From the NCBI GenBank assembly GCA_009602725.1, contig WELB01000025.1:11614-75613 (forward strand): a stretch of 64,000 bases of DNA, given 5' to 3'. Positions within the stretch are counted from its first letter, which is position 1; every line of letters starts with the position of its first letter. The notes beneath the pieces were generated by a model. The model worked only from the letters and a program-made list of their open reading frames with translations. It was not told the DNA's origin and made no database searches. This stretch comes from Spirogloea muscicola. Taxonomy: Eukaryota. The translations under genes and the position numbers were made by a program. This document shows positions 50,363 through 64,000 of this stretch, piece by piece.

Positions 50363-52626
50363 ATGGCGGCGGTCGGCACCGGCGGCGCGCTGCGAGGTGC
50401 AGCCATGGCGGCCGCGGCGCCGTGCGCCGCCCGCCTCCTGCCGNCGTCGGCCGCTGCCGCCGCGGCGCCCACCTCGGCTTCCCGCGTCGGCGGCCGCACC
50501 ACAGGTCCACCGCCGCCTCGGCTTCGTTCGTCGTCCAGACAGGACCCAAAGTCCAAAGCCCAAAACCCAAAGCGACGCTCAGCAGTGCGGCGTGGCTCTG
50601 CCAGGCAGCGTGGCGCTGCGGGAGCTCGTCGCCGCGGCCGAGGCGGCGGCCACGCAGGGCTCCGAGGTGCGCAGAAGACCCTGATGCTCCCGCCGCTGCT
50701 GCAAGTGGGTGCGCAGGCGCCGTTGCTGAGGACACACAACTCTCCGCACGTAATGGGTCTGCGTAATGGCCGCCGGCAGGTCATCAAGCTGGCACTGGAC
50801 AAGCCGCGCAACATCTCCTACAAGGGCGCTGCGGACCTCGTCACCGAGTAAGCGAGCCACCAAGCCACTCCTTGGGGTAACGCGTGAGTCGCCATCCGCA
50901 GCAACTGATGGACGGCATGCCACCGCAGCACCGATAAGAAGACGGAGTTGGCGGTGGTGGCGCGCATCCGGGAGGCCTTCCCGGGCCATCTGCTGCTGGG
51001 CGAGGAGGGCGGCGTCTCCGGCGACCCCTCCTCCGAGTACCTCTGGTGCATCGACCCCCTCGGTCGGCACCGCGGCTCGCTTCCCTACGCCAATGCTGCC
51101 GCTGGTGTCCGGCTCCCTAGTGCCCGTCTACGTTCTCCAGAGAATGCACGCTGACAAGGCTGGTGCGCCACTTGCAGATGGTACCACCAACTTTGCACAT
51201 GGCTACCCCTGCTTTGCCACCTCCGTTGCAGTGCTGTGCAAGGGCAGGCCAGTGGCTGCTTGTGTGGTGCGGAGCGGCGACCTGAGCGTGCTGCTGCAGC
51301 CCTCCCTTGTTGCCTGCGGTGCTTTCAAAACCAAAAGAATTAATGCAAAGGTGATTGCTGCTGGTTAAGGCTGTAGAAAGCCACTCGTACGCAGTCGAAT
51401 GTGACTTGCAATTGAGGTGGCATCATGCAGGTGGAGTTTGCAGGCGGGCCCAAATGCTGGGTCACCAGGACATTTACCGCAGGCTCTGGTGAGTGCCACA
51501 CCAGTAGAGTTGCAGCTTCCACAATGCTCGCCTGTGAGAGCAGCCCACAGGGTCGTCGTGCTCCTGGATTCAGGACTTGGCGCTACCTGCAACGGCGATG
51601 CCATCAAGCCGAGCGAGACTGACCAGGTGCATTCACATTTCCTCTCGAATAGTGCATCATGCGCAAGTTTGGTGGACGTCCACTCCACATCTGCATGCAA
51701 GACAGTTGCATCCAGAATATGAAATACAGCGGCAGCATATTGCGCAAAGCTTGACTCATGGTGGTGCAATGTCGTAGGTGGAGAAGTCCCTGCTCACCAC
51801 AGGATTCGGGTACGATCACAACGAGGCATGGTCCACCAATCTCGACCTCTTCAGAGAGTTCACAGACATCAGCAGGGTCTGGCAGCTAACTCCTTCCCCT
51901 CCACCATGGTACTTGCAATACTCGCAAATTCGTGTCGCCAGCCTGCAGACTCTAAGCTCGGCACTGCTCACACTGGCTACCTCAGGGAGTAAGACGACTA
52001 GGAGCGGCAGCTGTGGATATGTGCCACGTGGCGCTTGGGATCGTGGATGCATACTGGGAATTTCAGCTCAAGCCCTGGGACATGGCTGCTGGCGTCCTGG
52101 TAGCCACCTGATACTTCAGCTCCTACTCCTCATTCTGCTACTTGGCAGAGGCCTCTGCTGATATGGGGGTTCATCTCGTGCAAAGTGACTGTTGCAGGAT
52201 CTCATGCCCTTTGGGCACCTACTGCGCCATGTGGCAGATTGTTGAGGAGTCTGGGGGCAAAGTGACTCGCATGGACGGGGGGGACTTTACAATCTTTGAT
52301 CGCTCCGTGCTCGTCTCCAACTCGAAATTGCATGACCAGGTGAAGCGTCTGTGGCTACAACCAGAAGGACCACGCAACTCATTGCAACTCTGCAAGCTGC
52401 GGCGCTTAAATGCAAGCTTGACGCAGGCATTGGCAGCACTTCGTACCCTTGCAAGGTGACGTCAGCACTTGCAGAAGATCGTCTGATCAGGCGGCATTCT
52501 TGGGCAATGAGTTGTTTTCAGCTGCTGCAGCGCATAGCGCCCGCCACGGAGGAGCTCAAGAGCAAGGGCTTTGATTTTACTCACTGGTACAAACCAGATG
52601 GGTACAATTGTGCAGCAGATGTCTGA
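50363..52626 (+). CDS. IMPL1: Inositol monophosphatase-like 1 (plastid)
   Basis: Ala/Arg-rich transit-like N-terminus, ISYKGAADLVTE|TDK, LLGEEGGVSGDPSSEYLWCIDPL|DGTTNFAHGYPCFA, VEFAGGPKCWVTRTF, LTTGFGYDH, RRLGAAAVDMCHVALG, WEFQLKPWDMAAG. Confidence 0.93.
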
Positions 52627-53085
52627 TGTGGCATGAGACTGTTGTATCCGGTATGGCTGCTTGGAGGCTAAGCAGTCTACAGCAGCAGCAAACCTAGCTG
52701 CAAGACACCTGACTGCGATAGCCTGCTGGTGCAGTGAATACAGATCTATAGCCATTTTTGCATCTCAAGTGAGCTAGAGGCTTCTGATTATGTGGACAAG
52801 CCCCAAGCTCTAGTGATGCGTGAATGTTACAACGCTGCACCTTGCGCAAACGTACTGCTGCAATAACACATGCATGCAGTCCTGTTGATTGGACTTCTGC
52901 TTCCAGTAATAATCTTGATAAGGTGGACCTCTGCAGCCATGACGGGGTTTTTATCACAGAAGCAAAGTCCTTACAAGTCCTAACTGCGCACATCAAGTGC
53001 TCAACAACAGGTGCTGAGTGAGCATACCAACAGGAAAGTGATTGTTGCTACTAGCGCTGGACCACTGGCATTCTAAAAGTTCCAC

Positions 53086-56000
53086 TTACGAGACAGAGGG
53101 GAGGGGAAAGGGCTCCTGCTGTGAGGATGGCACGTGCAAACGTGGAGTCGAGTGGTTTCGACTGCCACTGGTGGCACAGTGCGCGGCGCCAATGTGCGCC
53201 TCGCTAGTCTGCAGGGGCAAATGGTGAGGCGATACTGACGCAAACGGCTTCTGCCAGCCGGCGGCACCAGAGTCGGGCAATGGTGGTGGCGCGGCAGCAA
53301 GATTCCCATGTTGGCCTTGGTGAGCTGCAGAGTGTAGCAGCGAAGAGGGAGCATGCCCATTGGCCTCCAACAGGGCCTCGCCTTTTGCTGCATGCTGGAA
53401 TTGTAGCTGCTTGGCAGCAGCACCTGGCGGCCGTGGCGAGGTGGGTGAGGGCTTCTCCTCTGCTTCTTCTCCTCGACTTTCAGCACGGCCGCTGTGAGCC
53501 TCCCAAGCCTTCTTGGCCAGAGCGGCAGCCTTCATGCCATTCGACTTGGCGGCGTCGAGCGAGGGGTCAGACGCGAGCGCGCGATCAAAAGCGGCAACGG
53601 CCTCGTCCCAACGCTCCTGCGCCACCAGGAGCAGGCCGAGGTTGTTGCACGCCGGTGCAAATTCACGGCACAGCTCCAGCGCCTCAGCAAACACAGCATG
53701 CGCCTCCGGAAAGCGGCGCTGCTGCCGGTACAGGTTGCCAAGGTTGGACAACACGGCATGCCGCTCCAGCGGGCCTGCCAACTTCAGCGCGCGCTTGTAC
53801 ACCGCCTCTGCAGAACCCGGGTCCTCCGAGAGCTGCACTGCGATACCTAAGTTGGACCACGCCGTCGCAGCAGTGCCGCAACGGCCAATGGATGACTTAA
53901 GGTACGCCTGTGCAGCACCAAACTGCAGCATGCTGAGCGCGTGCTCGCCCAGCTGTTGCCATGCCGCCGCCTCTGATGGCTCCTCCTCCGCTGCCTGGAG
54001 CAATGGCAGCCAGCAGAGCCCCCTCCATCAGACGGGCAATTACTTGCAAATTGTAAGACAATCTTAAGCTGCTAAGGTGAAGCGTCTTCGTTCATGTATT
54101 TCCTAGTGACTCTTCTGCCTGGATGCTCAACTCTGACCAGTAAGTGGCTCTATCTCCCCTGCAACTTGAATATTCGACCTGCTGGAGTGTGTGGAGTACG
54201 CGCTCCTCGTACTCCTTGACAGCGTCCTCCTCGTCGAGCGCTGCAGCGGCCTCCGACTGCGCACGATTGACGAGCGCAAGGCCTGCCCAAGCGACGCGTA
54301 GTGGCACGCTGCTCTTCTCGCGGAGCAGCGACGCCATCTCGTTGGCTGCCCACCCCAGCTGCTCGCGTGGGTCCTCGCAGCGCTCAGCATCCCGCACGCG
54401 CTGTCGCGCCACGACCAGCCTCACCGCCAGGCTTCGTGGCTCCAGCAGCGCCGCCTGTAAGCAGGCACGGGACCGCAGGTGCAGCCGCCATTGCAGGACC
54501 AGCCATCAGCACTGCATTATTGACATGTTGTAGCAGTGTTTAGCAATGTAGCAATGTAGCAATCTTTCATCTTGCAGCAAGCCCTGCTGTCATCTCGGCC
54601 AAGCTCACCTGCTCAAGGCAGCGGCTGGCAGCGGCCGGCTTGCCCTGCGCCACAAATGCCGCGCCAAGGTTGGTCCAGATCGCACCCGAGCGCGTGTTGT
54701 CCATCAGCGCCGCCTCGAGGCACCGCTGCGCAATTGTTGCGCTGCCCGCACGCGCGTGCTGCCCATCCTTGCGAAGTCCCTCCGCTGCAGCACCAGAGTC
54801 GTACAAAATGCTCACGCATGTGAAGACACACATGTCGTCGGGGCAAGAAGCAGGTAAGGCCCATATTTGGTGTGAGCGGGAGGGCGAAAGATAGAGGGAG
54901 GAAGGGAGGACACAACACACCGAAGCAGGAAAAGAGAGGGAGAGAGCTGGAGAGCTGGAGAGAGATGGAGGAGGAGAGGTGGCAGCTAGGCCAGGGCCAA
55001 GGCAGATGCACCCTGAAGCCGGCCTACTGAATTCACGGCTTGCTTTGGCTGTGCAGCGATCATGGCAGGCGGCCACTGACCTGACAGCGTTGGCGGGTGG
55101 GCAAGGAGGAGTGCAGAGTAGGTCGTGAGGGCACCAACGTGCGAGCTGTCCCGCAGGAGCGCTGCCTGCAAGCACTGCTCTGCCCGCCGTATGTCGTGCC
55201 TGCAGGAAAGGGCGGCGGTGCCAGCAGGCCGGTCAGCAGGGCCAGTGGCGGCAGCAGCGGCTGCGAGCGCCTCCAGAAGGATAAGGAATGGAGGGGTTTC
55301 TGCAACGAAAGCAGGTGGGTGGCAGGGCTGACAGGTGGAGGTAGCAGGCGCCGAGGTTGGCGAGCGCGTCCACGTGGTCCGGCATGGCGCTCAACAGGCC
55401 CTGGAAGACCTCGACCGCGCTCTGCATGCAAGGCGCGGCAGCACGTGGTGCACGCATTGGCACGTCAGCCAGTGCCAGCGAGACAGCTTGGGCAGCTGTT
55501 GCTGAATGCTACGAGGCTGCCAGAGTGTGAGACATTGGAGGCAACAACTGCGCAGCGAGAGAGACATAAGCAAGCATGCGCAGTGGCGCCGTGCCTTGTG
55601 CCGACTGGAGTACGCGAGCAGGAGGCCAAGGTTGTTCCAGATGGCGGCCTGCGACGGGTCGAGAGCTGCAGCAGCACGCAGCTCTCGCGCCAGGGTTTCC
55701 GCGTCCTCCTCTGCCAGCCGCTCCCGTTCGCGCTCACCCACCGCCGCGGTCGACGCCACTGCCGCCGCCGCCGTTTCCACCACGTTGCGACCACTGGCAG
55801 CGCCGCCACCATTGCTGCCAATGTTGCTGCTGCTGCCGACGCCGCCGTTACTGCTGGCCCCGCGACCCCCGCTGCCCCTCCTTCCCATTGTCTCGGCACG
55901 CGCTGGCGCCGATGCTGCCGGTCCTGCTGCCGAGCCGGTCATCGCCCCTTCTGGTGTAAGTGCAGTACTGTCTGTGACCGTCCGCTCCCCGCTGTTGGCC

Positions 56001-58493
56001 CGCTCCGCTGCTGCCCGCTCCGCAGCCCGGGCCCGCGGCGTCTTGCTAGCGCCCACCGCTCCGCCAGCGCCCCCGCGTGCGTCCTCCCGCCAGTCCTGCT
56101 GGCCTCCTCCAGTACCGCCGCTGCCACAGCTGCCGCCGTCATCCCGGCTGCCCAGCGACAGCATGCGGGCCTGCACCGCACACTGTGCACCACCAACAAT
56201 TCTCAGTCGCTTGCAACAGTCAGCATCAAAAAACATGCACAGAATGAGCTGGACTGTCCATGGAATGATCAGACCGCTGAAAGTCTCACCTGCACACGGT
56301 GATTCTGGGCGAGCGCCAGGAGCTTGAGCCGCGGCTTGCTGCCAACCTCATCGCCGAGGCGCAGTATCTCCATTGCCTTCTCGTACGCCACGCTTGCCTG
56401 CCATGCGAGGGAGGGAGGTAGCACGTCCCGGCGGCGTCTTGTCACTCGCACTTTCAGTACAAGCAGCTTGCTTGAGCGGCAGCGCAGCATTGGCCACCGC
56501 TGCGTGGAACAGGCGAAGCTCGACACAGGATGGGAGCGCACCATGGCGGGCTGCTGCGTCCGCTGGTGCAGGAGGCCGAGGAAGAGCTGTGCATGTGCAT
56601 TACGTGGCAGCTTCTTCGCCACGTTGATCAGCGTCTGCTTGACGGAGGCGGTGGGGCGAGGAGCGAGGGAGGAGAGGAGCAAGCGGACGGTGTCAAGGCA
56701 GCCGAGCCATGAGAAGAACCAAGGCCGCGGACGCAAGTGGCGCAAGCAGTGCATGGCGCTGTACCGTGCGAAGGAGCTTGGTGTGCCACGCCTGCCGCAT
56801 CGATTGCAACACCTTGGCGTGCTCCGGCAGTGCTGTCGGCGTTGGCGGCAGAGTTGGTGGTGAAGTTGCTTGCGTCCCAGGCGGTACTGGCAGCGGCAGC
56901 TGCAGCGGCGGCAGCGGCGGTGGTGGCGGGGGCGGCGGCTGCAGCGGCAGTGGCGGCAGCTGCGGCGACAGCGGCGGCGGCGGCTCGAGCAACGGTGGTT
57001 GCGGCGGTTGTCTGGCTAACGGCGTGGGAGCCGGTGCCGGGCGGATGTACACGCTGGGACCGGCGCGCCAGGCTGGCAGCGGCGCCGGCGCGGCTGCAGC
57101 CGCCCCAGCAGCGGCGACAGCCGCCGCAGCAGAAGCGGAAGCTGTGTCGACGGCGTCCAGGGCCTCATGTGCGCACCTGCGGCGCGATCGTGCCAGCGGT
57201 GCCTATCTTTAGCAGCAGCTTTGAAGAGTGGATGGTGGTGCACACAGTGCCGCGGGAGTGAGAGGGGTGGGAGGATGTAGGAGAGCGTGAAGCAGGGGCT
57301 CACAGGCTATGATCACCGTCACCGATGGCGAGCGACGGCGGTGCTGGCTTGCCGGGCAGGCCGCCATCGCTGCCGACGCCGCTGCCGCCGCCCGGCGTGT
57401 CGTCGTCGTCGTCGTTCTCCTCGGGCGGCGCGGAGTTCAGATCCGCAAGCGGGCCATCCCAGCGGCCGGATGGCCGCAGCAGGGGCACTGGTTGCACTGG
57501 TGATGGAGCGGGCGGCCATGGCGGCGGCGGCGGCGTTGGCGCAGCCTCCGCGATCGAACGTTCAGCTGCCGACACTGCCGTCGCCGCCGTTGCCTGCGCG
57601 GCAGTGAGCACTGCCTGCCACTGCACCGCCTGTGCCGTCTTGCTGTCCGACGGTGGTGTCGTAACCTCTCCCGGCCCCGTCGCCGACGCCACCCCCTTCT
57701 TCGCCCGGGCTCCCCGGCGATGCTTTGCGGCGGGCTCTCCGGCGGCGGCGCCGCCGTCGCCGTTGCCAGCGGCGGCATGGTCTCTCCTCAGCGGCCGCTT
57801 GTGGCCGGCGACGGCGCCCACGCCGCCGCCGCCAGCGCGCCGGTGGTTGGCCTGCGGTGGGAGGAAGCCGTGCCCGACGTCCGCTGCCCGCCCAGCCGCA
57901 GGCGTGACCGCGGCCGGCGTCGTTGGGCTGGCCCCAACGCCGGCACGAGGGCTGCTCCCTCGCGAGCTCGCACTGTCGGCCCTGCCCCCAGAGACGACGG
58001 CAGCGCCGGTGAGATATGGCATGGCCTGGGCCCCTGTGGCGGCCCACTGTTTGGAGATGGAAGAGGGGGCGGGGTGCAAAGACGAGTGCCAGGTGGGGGT
58101 ACCCCGTGGAGAGCAGTAGACAGAGGGGGAGGGGGATGAGGAAAGGAAGGAGAGATTTGCCGAGAGAGGAGCGAGGGGTGGGGAGGGGCAAGGACTGAGG
58201 GAGGGAGGGGGGCAACTGGGGCGATGTGCAGCGAGATGCCTCGTGGCTCAGGCCGCGCAGGCCGCGCGCAGCCGAGCTTCGGGAGGGGCTCGTGAGTCGG
58301 ACCTGTCGAGCGTGCTGGCGGCGCGGGGCGGGAGCAGGAAGTTCCACCTGCAGGCGACGCCACGGCCACAGCTCAGCCTGAGGAGGAGAGGGCCGGCGCC
58401 GAGGCCATGGCACGACACAGGCGTTGTGGGAATCCAGCGCGGAGGAGACGGCAGCCTCACTGAGCGTCGCCGGGGAAGGCCCTTGGAGAGGCC

Positions 58494-58526
<33 letters not shown>

Positions 58527-58533
58527 GGGGCAT
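53086..58533 (-). CDS. Tetratricopeptide-repeat protein, multi-exon; start uncertain (adjacent gap)
   Basis: TLINVAKKLPRNAHAQLFLGLLHQR, DPSQAAIWNNLGLLL, PDHVDALANLGACYL, AIWTNLGAAF, AWSNLGIAVQLSEDP, VLSNLGNLYRQQ, ACNNLGLLLVAQERWDEA..DPSLDAAKSN. Confidence 0.85.
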
Positions 58534-59189
58534 CGGCGGGCTCCCGGCCNNNNNNNNNNNNNNNNNNNNNNNNNNNNNNNNNNNNNNNNNNNNNNNNNNN
58601 NNNNNNNNNNNNNNNNNNNNNNNNNNNNNNNNNNNNNNNNNNNNNNNNNNNNNNNNNNNNNNNNNNNNNNNNNNNNNNNNNNNNNNNNNNNNNNNNNNNN
58701 NNNNNNNNNNNNNNNNNNNNNNNNNNNNNNNNNNNNNNNNNNNNNNNNNNNNNNNNNNNNNNNNNNNNNNNNNNNNNNNNNNNNNNNNNNNNNNNNNNNN
58801 NNNNNNNNNNNNNNNNNNNNNNNNNNNNNNNNNNNNNNNNNNNNNNNNNNNNNNNNNNNNNNNNNNNNNNNNNNNNNNNNNNNNNNNNNNNNNNNNNNNN
58901 NNNNNNNNNNNNNNNNNNNNNNNNNNNNNNNNNNNNNNNNNNNNNNNNNNNNNNNNNNNNNNNNNNNNNNNNNNNNNNNNNNNNNNNNNNNNNNNNNNNN
59001 NNNNNNNNNNNNNNNNNNNNNNNNNNNNNNNNNNNNNNNNNNNNNNNNNNNNNNNNNNNNNNNNNNNNNNNNNNNNNNNNNNNNNNNNNNNCCCCCCCCC
59101 CCCGCCGGGCGGCCCGCTGCCTCGCCCTGCCCGCAGGCGCAGCGCAGCGCTGAGAAAAGGCAGCACAACAAGAAACTAAGCAGCTACGT

Positions 59190-62100
59190 GTTACTCAGTA
59201 ACCCCTGCTGAGCAGCCTCAGGTCAGAGAAGCTAGCCTCCTGGAAGTGGGTCCCCTGGCGCGCACTTCTTCTTGGCGCAGCGCCGCCTCTCACAGAAAGG
59301 CAGCTCCTCTTCTTGCACAAGCACCTCTCGGACGAAGGATAACGTGGCTCTTCCAGAAAGAAGGAAGTGGCTCTCCCAACGGGGGCAAGGGCTGTGAGAA
59401 GCCAGCCCGAAAAGAATTGACAAGGAAAGAGGGGTCGACGGCTGGGGCTCCTGCATTGCTTTTGTGCTCAGACCTTGTCCATTCTTTTGGGCTGGGCCTC
59501 TCCCAGCCACCAGTTAATCTGGCCGCGCTTGCTTCCATTGTGATTTTGGCGCCTTTCGGCCCTTTTGGAACCTTGTCCACTCTTTTCTGGGCTGGCCAAT
59601 CACAGGCCCCCGCCCCCTTCTGGGAGAAGCTCATGTCGTTTGTCCGTTCACTTCGGGCTGGGTTTTCCGCCCTCTACTCATTCTGATTTGCACTTGCTGA
59701 CTAGAGATTATTGAGCGCCGCTTGCTGACGTCTTGGAGAACACGCTGGTGCTTCTTACGCCGTCGGGGCTGGAAAAAGCCAGCCCATCCGGCCCTTCCAG
59801 ACCTTGTACATTCCTTTGGGCTGGCCTCCAACAGCCATTGCCGTAAGATTGGAAGAGCTGTTCCTTGCTTTTCAAACTTCCGACTTCCACGCCGCTGGCT
59901 CGTGGGCCCTGGTCTACCGGAGGAGACTGGTTTCTCCGACCTGCGGCTGCTTAGTAGGGGTTACTGAGTCTTAGGTATTTGCTTCTGTGTGTGCTTTATC
60001 GCTTTCCCTGGCCGCTTCGGACTTCGTTACTTCTCTTTTCTGGGCTGGCCTCTCCCAGCCACTGCCCTCTCCTGGAAGCGTCTTACTCTATCGCATGCAT
60101 CTGTCAATCTCCCTTAGCGGTCCATGGCCCACGCTTTGCATCTGCGTGCTGGCCGTGCTCTCGCTGCAGCCTCTGGCTTTCGTCAGGGGATTGTTTTCCG
60201 GCAGCTAGTCCGAGGCTCCTCACACGTAGCTACTGAGTGGTCCATCCTACACCCGTTCTGACATAGTGCTTTAGGCCTCTCCGTCATCTGGCCCCTTTGA
60301 ACCTTTGTCTATTCTTTCCGGGCTGGCTTTTTACAGCCCTTGCCCCCATTAGGAGAGCCACTTCTTCTTTCACAGCCCCCGACCCTTTTGAAAGGTTCGC
60401 TCACCCAGGTATTCCGAATGCGCCTGGCGGTATCGTTTCAATGCTCCCTTGCCTACGCCGTCCACACGCGAGCAGGCCGTGCTATGGCCGCTGCCTCTGG
60501 GTCTCGGCGGAGTGCCTCTTTCCCTGCAGCGAGCTACTCAGACTCGATGTTGCTCACTCGCGGGTACTAACTTCCCTCTGCATCGTCTTGTGTTTTGTAG
60601 TCTAGTCCCTCTCCGGCTCCTCTTTTTTTGGCTTTGGACATTGTCCATTCTTTTGAAAGAGGCCCCTTGCCACGGCCCTCTCCTGGAAGCGTCTTCTTTT
60701 TCGGGAGAGCCCACTTCTTGGCGAGTCTTTCCCCTCTTTGGCGAAAGCTGGGGAAAGCAGCCACGAACCCACAAACGCATGAATAAGCACCGAAGGAGCC
60801 GGGAGAGACATCTAGATGGGGGTGCCGGAAGAAGCAGCTCTATCAAAAGAGGCGAGGGCTGCAAAGCAAGCTCCTTTCAAGGAGACTGTCTTTCTGGCCC
60901 CTTTGAAACTTGTCCTTTCCCTTCGGGCTGGCCTCTCGCCCCCTTCGGAGGATCTTTTCTCTCTCACGGTCGCCTCCTTGAATAAATATTGCTAAAAGCC
61001 ACACAGCTATACGTGTAGCTACTTTGGAGGGGAGCTCCACAAACCCCTGCCCAGCAGCCGCCCATTGAAGTAGATTGTAGCTGGAAGGGCCGGCAGGCGC
61101 TTACATCACACAGCCATGCAAGTTGGCTACAGCGAAGGGAAGCTTAGCAATTGGAGTTGAAGTGAGTGGAGCTTCGCCCCGCAGCTGGAGTGAAGCTTTG
61201 CTGCTGCTCTCAGCGGGAAACAGCAGCAAAGTCGCAGCAATCGCCCCCTTTGCATTTCGAAGCAGCTTGCTTGTGAACAGAGCATTCCTTCCTCACAGCC
61301 CTCGCCCCTTCAAGATGAGCTGCTTAGTCCTCTTTTCACAGCCTTCGATCGTCTCGAATCAACTGCTTCGTCCTCTATTCACGGCCGTCGAACTTTTTCT
61401 GTGAAAATGAACCTCTATGTTGGGCCAAAATGGACGAGAGAAGGCGCGCAGTGCGCATGAAATGAAAGAAGAAATGACGCTGCCAGGGAGGCCAATCCAA
61501 GCCGATTAGAGTTCAGGCAAAAGCTAGTGTAAAAAACCTTATGACAAGGGCGAGAGAGGGTCAACGGAAGAGTCCCCGACGTTTACGGGACAACCCATCC
61601 AGCATGGCCGAGGGGCTGCAACGGACGGCCGAGCCAACAGGGAACCCCGGGTCCAGGCCGGCCATGGGTCGCAGCCAGACAGGTGTCGCCCACAACGTGC
61701 AAGCTAGTGCTCTCTGATTAGACCTGATGTTGCTCACTCGTGGGTACTGAGCTTCCCTCTGCATCGTCTCTGTGTTCTGCAGTATTTTGTAGTGGAGGAC
61801 CTGTTTCCGGCTCCTCTTTGGCTTTGGACATTGTCCATTCTTTGTTGGGCTGGCTTTGCCAGCCCCTCTTCTCTATGGGCGCCGCACTTCTCTGAGTCGC
61901 CTGCCGGAGCCACTCGTCTGGCTCTCCTTCCGGCGGCGCCTGCGTTGGCTCGCCACCGTCACCCTTTGACTTCCTTTTGCCTGAAATACCGACCATCACA
62001 CCTCTGCTCTGCGCAGGCACGCCCTCGCCGCGACGGCCCTTGTGGCCCAGTGTACTGGCTCGATCTGTGCGCGCCACGCGCCTTCTCTCTCTGTAACGAG

Positions 62101-62560
62101 ATCTTTACCATTGCAAAGAGAAGGAAGGAGGTCCTGCAAGAGAAGAAGCAGCTCCTTCGAAGGGGGGCGAGGGCTGTGGAAAACCAGCCCACCAAAGAAT
62201 GACCAAGGTCCCCAGCAAAGAGAGAAGGCGCGCGGTGCGAATGAAATGGGAAGGGAGGCCGTACAAATGTCCTGGTAACGGGGTAATGAGCTGGCTTAGG
62301 GGGACACTAAATATCCTCGAGTGAGCACAGACATAGCTGACTAGCTAAGCTGAGGAGCCAGACAACCACCATGGAAGCCATTAGCCTGGCCTAACCCACG
62401 CCCAGCACGCTGGTGTATCGCGAGTGCCTGGGAGAGCTGTAGACTCAATGATAGCCGCATTCTATAGCACGCAATGATGGCTTGCAGGACGCTGCAATGG
62501 CTGTGAAAGGCCAGCCCAAGTGTAGGTGGTCTCCCCGAAACGGAGCGATGGTTGTGAAAG
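59190..62560. mobile_element. Large mosaic cluster of CRE-like 3' fragments upstream of the TPR gene
   Basis: Tails FSDLRLLSRGY* (59193 minus, 59967 plus), ..LLTRSY* (60236), RMRLAVSFQCSLAYAVHTRAGRA..LLTRGY* (60570), YRMRLSLSLQLSQALAIHQRAGRG (62310-62470 minus). Insert 61718-61888 has TSD TCTCTGA. Confidence 0.82.
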
Positions 62561-64000
62561 CCCCGCCCAAACGGAGCGGACATGGTCACTGGACAAACTG
62601 GGAGGATCCAGCCTCCCACTTCCGATCATCACCACTACATCGTTGCTCCTCTGAGCAAAGGTTCATTGCTGCGTACAGAACGGATTAAGCACCAGCTGCT
62701 GGCATGGGGCTGCTGGCGACGTGCGATAATGAGGTCGCCGCTGCTGGATACAGAGCGGCAGCTTCCTCAAATGCTGGCGCCATTTGCCTGTTACTTGTGT
62801 CGGTATTGACAGCCACTGTCCTTCTGGAGATCTCCTTGTCTTCATCTCAACAGCCGCACTTGACCTCCATAATAGCCCCAGCATGTACCACGCCTGTACA
62901 CCCCACGGACCACCCTGGGCCACCCTAGCTTCTTTGCCTCTGCTAGCCACCCGTCATCCACCCAAACCTCCCCTCAGCTTACTGGCCCCTGCTGGAAAAT
63001 GCCGGCTTCCCCTCCCGTTGTGTTTCTGGCGCTTGGAGCAGCTTGCGCAGCTAAGCTTGCAGCACCGGCTACGGATGTGCCCGGAATTGCCCAGTGGATG
63101 CGTTGCAGACAAAGACAGTTGTGGAGTGTTGTGGCATTTCCAGCATGCACTTGCTTCTACATGGGGCACTCTCAAGGCAGCACCTTGAGCAGTCTCGGAG
63201 GTACTGCCACTGGACAAAGCAAGGGTGAGCAAGCTTTACATGAATGCCTGCTCGCCAGCCACCGTGCAGCCGCGACGCCGGAGCCCATGGGGCCCTCCTT
63301 CCTACTGCAGTAAGAAATGGCATCGTCAAGAGGAGTAAATCAAACAGGGCGCAGTGCCCACCACCCAGAATTTTCTCGGCCCCTGCTCGCCAGATCTCTC
63401 TGGTCGCTGCTGCCCAGCACGAGCACGAGAGGCCAGCATGGCAATGGGGACTGTCTAGCAGGAGGCCGCCACAGACAGTGCTGCTGGTGCCGCCGAGGCA
63501 AGGCCATTATCGTGCGGGGTGAGGCCAGCATTATGAGGAGTTGGGGAGCCAAGGGGGGAGGGGGGGGGGAAGGGCTCAGGACGTGCCATGTACTGGGAGG
63601 GGAGAAGGGAAGGTGAAGCCAGGGGTGCTGTAGCGAGAGCCTCAGCCGGGAACCGCGGCGGCAGCGCCGACAGCGACCGACCACGGCCTGGCCCCGCGCC
63701 CGAGTGGCGTGGCAATGCACATTGGTACACGCCTGCGTACGCAAGCCACCGTCTACAGGGGCGCCGCGGTCGGGAAGGTGGGGGGGGCGACCTCGCTGGC
63801 CGTGCGGCTGCTCCTGCACAGCCGGCGGCGGTGCCGGTTGGCAGGCGTCAGCCCAGCAGGGGTGTGGGCAGCCAAGCCCTGTGCCCAACTGCAGTGCCCC
63901 ATGACAGCGCCGGCAGCTACACTGCCGGCTGGAAATGCTTGCGGACGGCCGCTTTCGCCGCGACCAGGGGACGACAAGCGTCAGAACCAATGTAGGGACG

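Overview
Gene-dense, intron-rich eukaryotic nuclear DNA with GC-rich gene 5' ends. It combines land-plant-like genes with an intact selenocysteine signal, which land plants lack, so a streptophyte alga is inferred. Eleven spliced genes are readable: CTNNBL1 (+), PAP/fibrillin (-), CBE1-like (+), DPM2 (-), ARPC1 (+), MscS-like MSL channel (+), a TBL/PC-esterase-like SGNH protein (-), LCAT3/4-like phospholipase (+), thioredoxin reductase (+), IMPL1 (+) and a TPR protein (-). There is also a pseudogenised TBL paralog, a decayed mitochondrial rps3-rpl16-rpl5 insert (NUMT) and a Harbinger-like MITE. Two signals stand out. (1) The thioredoxin reductase ends GGC-TGC-TGA-GGT-TAA (Gly-Cys-Sec-Gly) and has a canonical form-2 SECIS ~120 nt downstream, so it is a selenoprotein that the ORF track truncates. 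(2) The region upstream of essentially every gene holds short, 5'-truncated 3' ends of CRE-like (restriction-like endonuclease) non-LTR retrotransposons. These have TTC tails, a conserved 3' stem-loop and 6-9 bp TSDs, and are nested inside one another up to three levels deep. Introns and convergent 3' spacers are nearly free of them. Several gene starts lie in N-gaps, and exon boundaries were read by eye.
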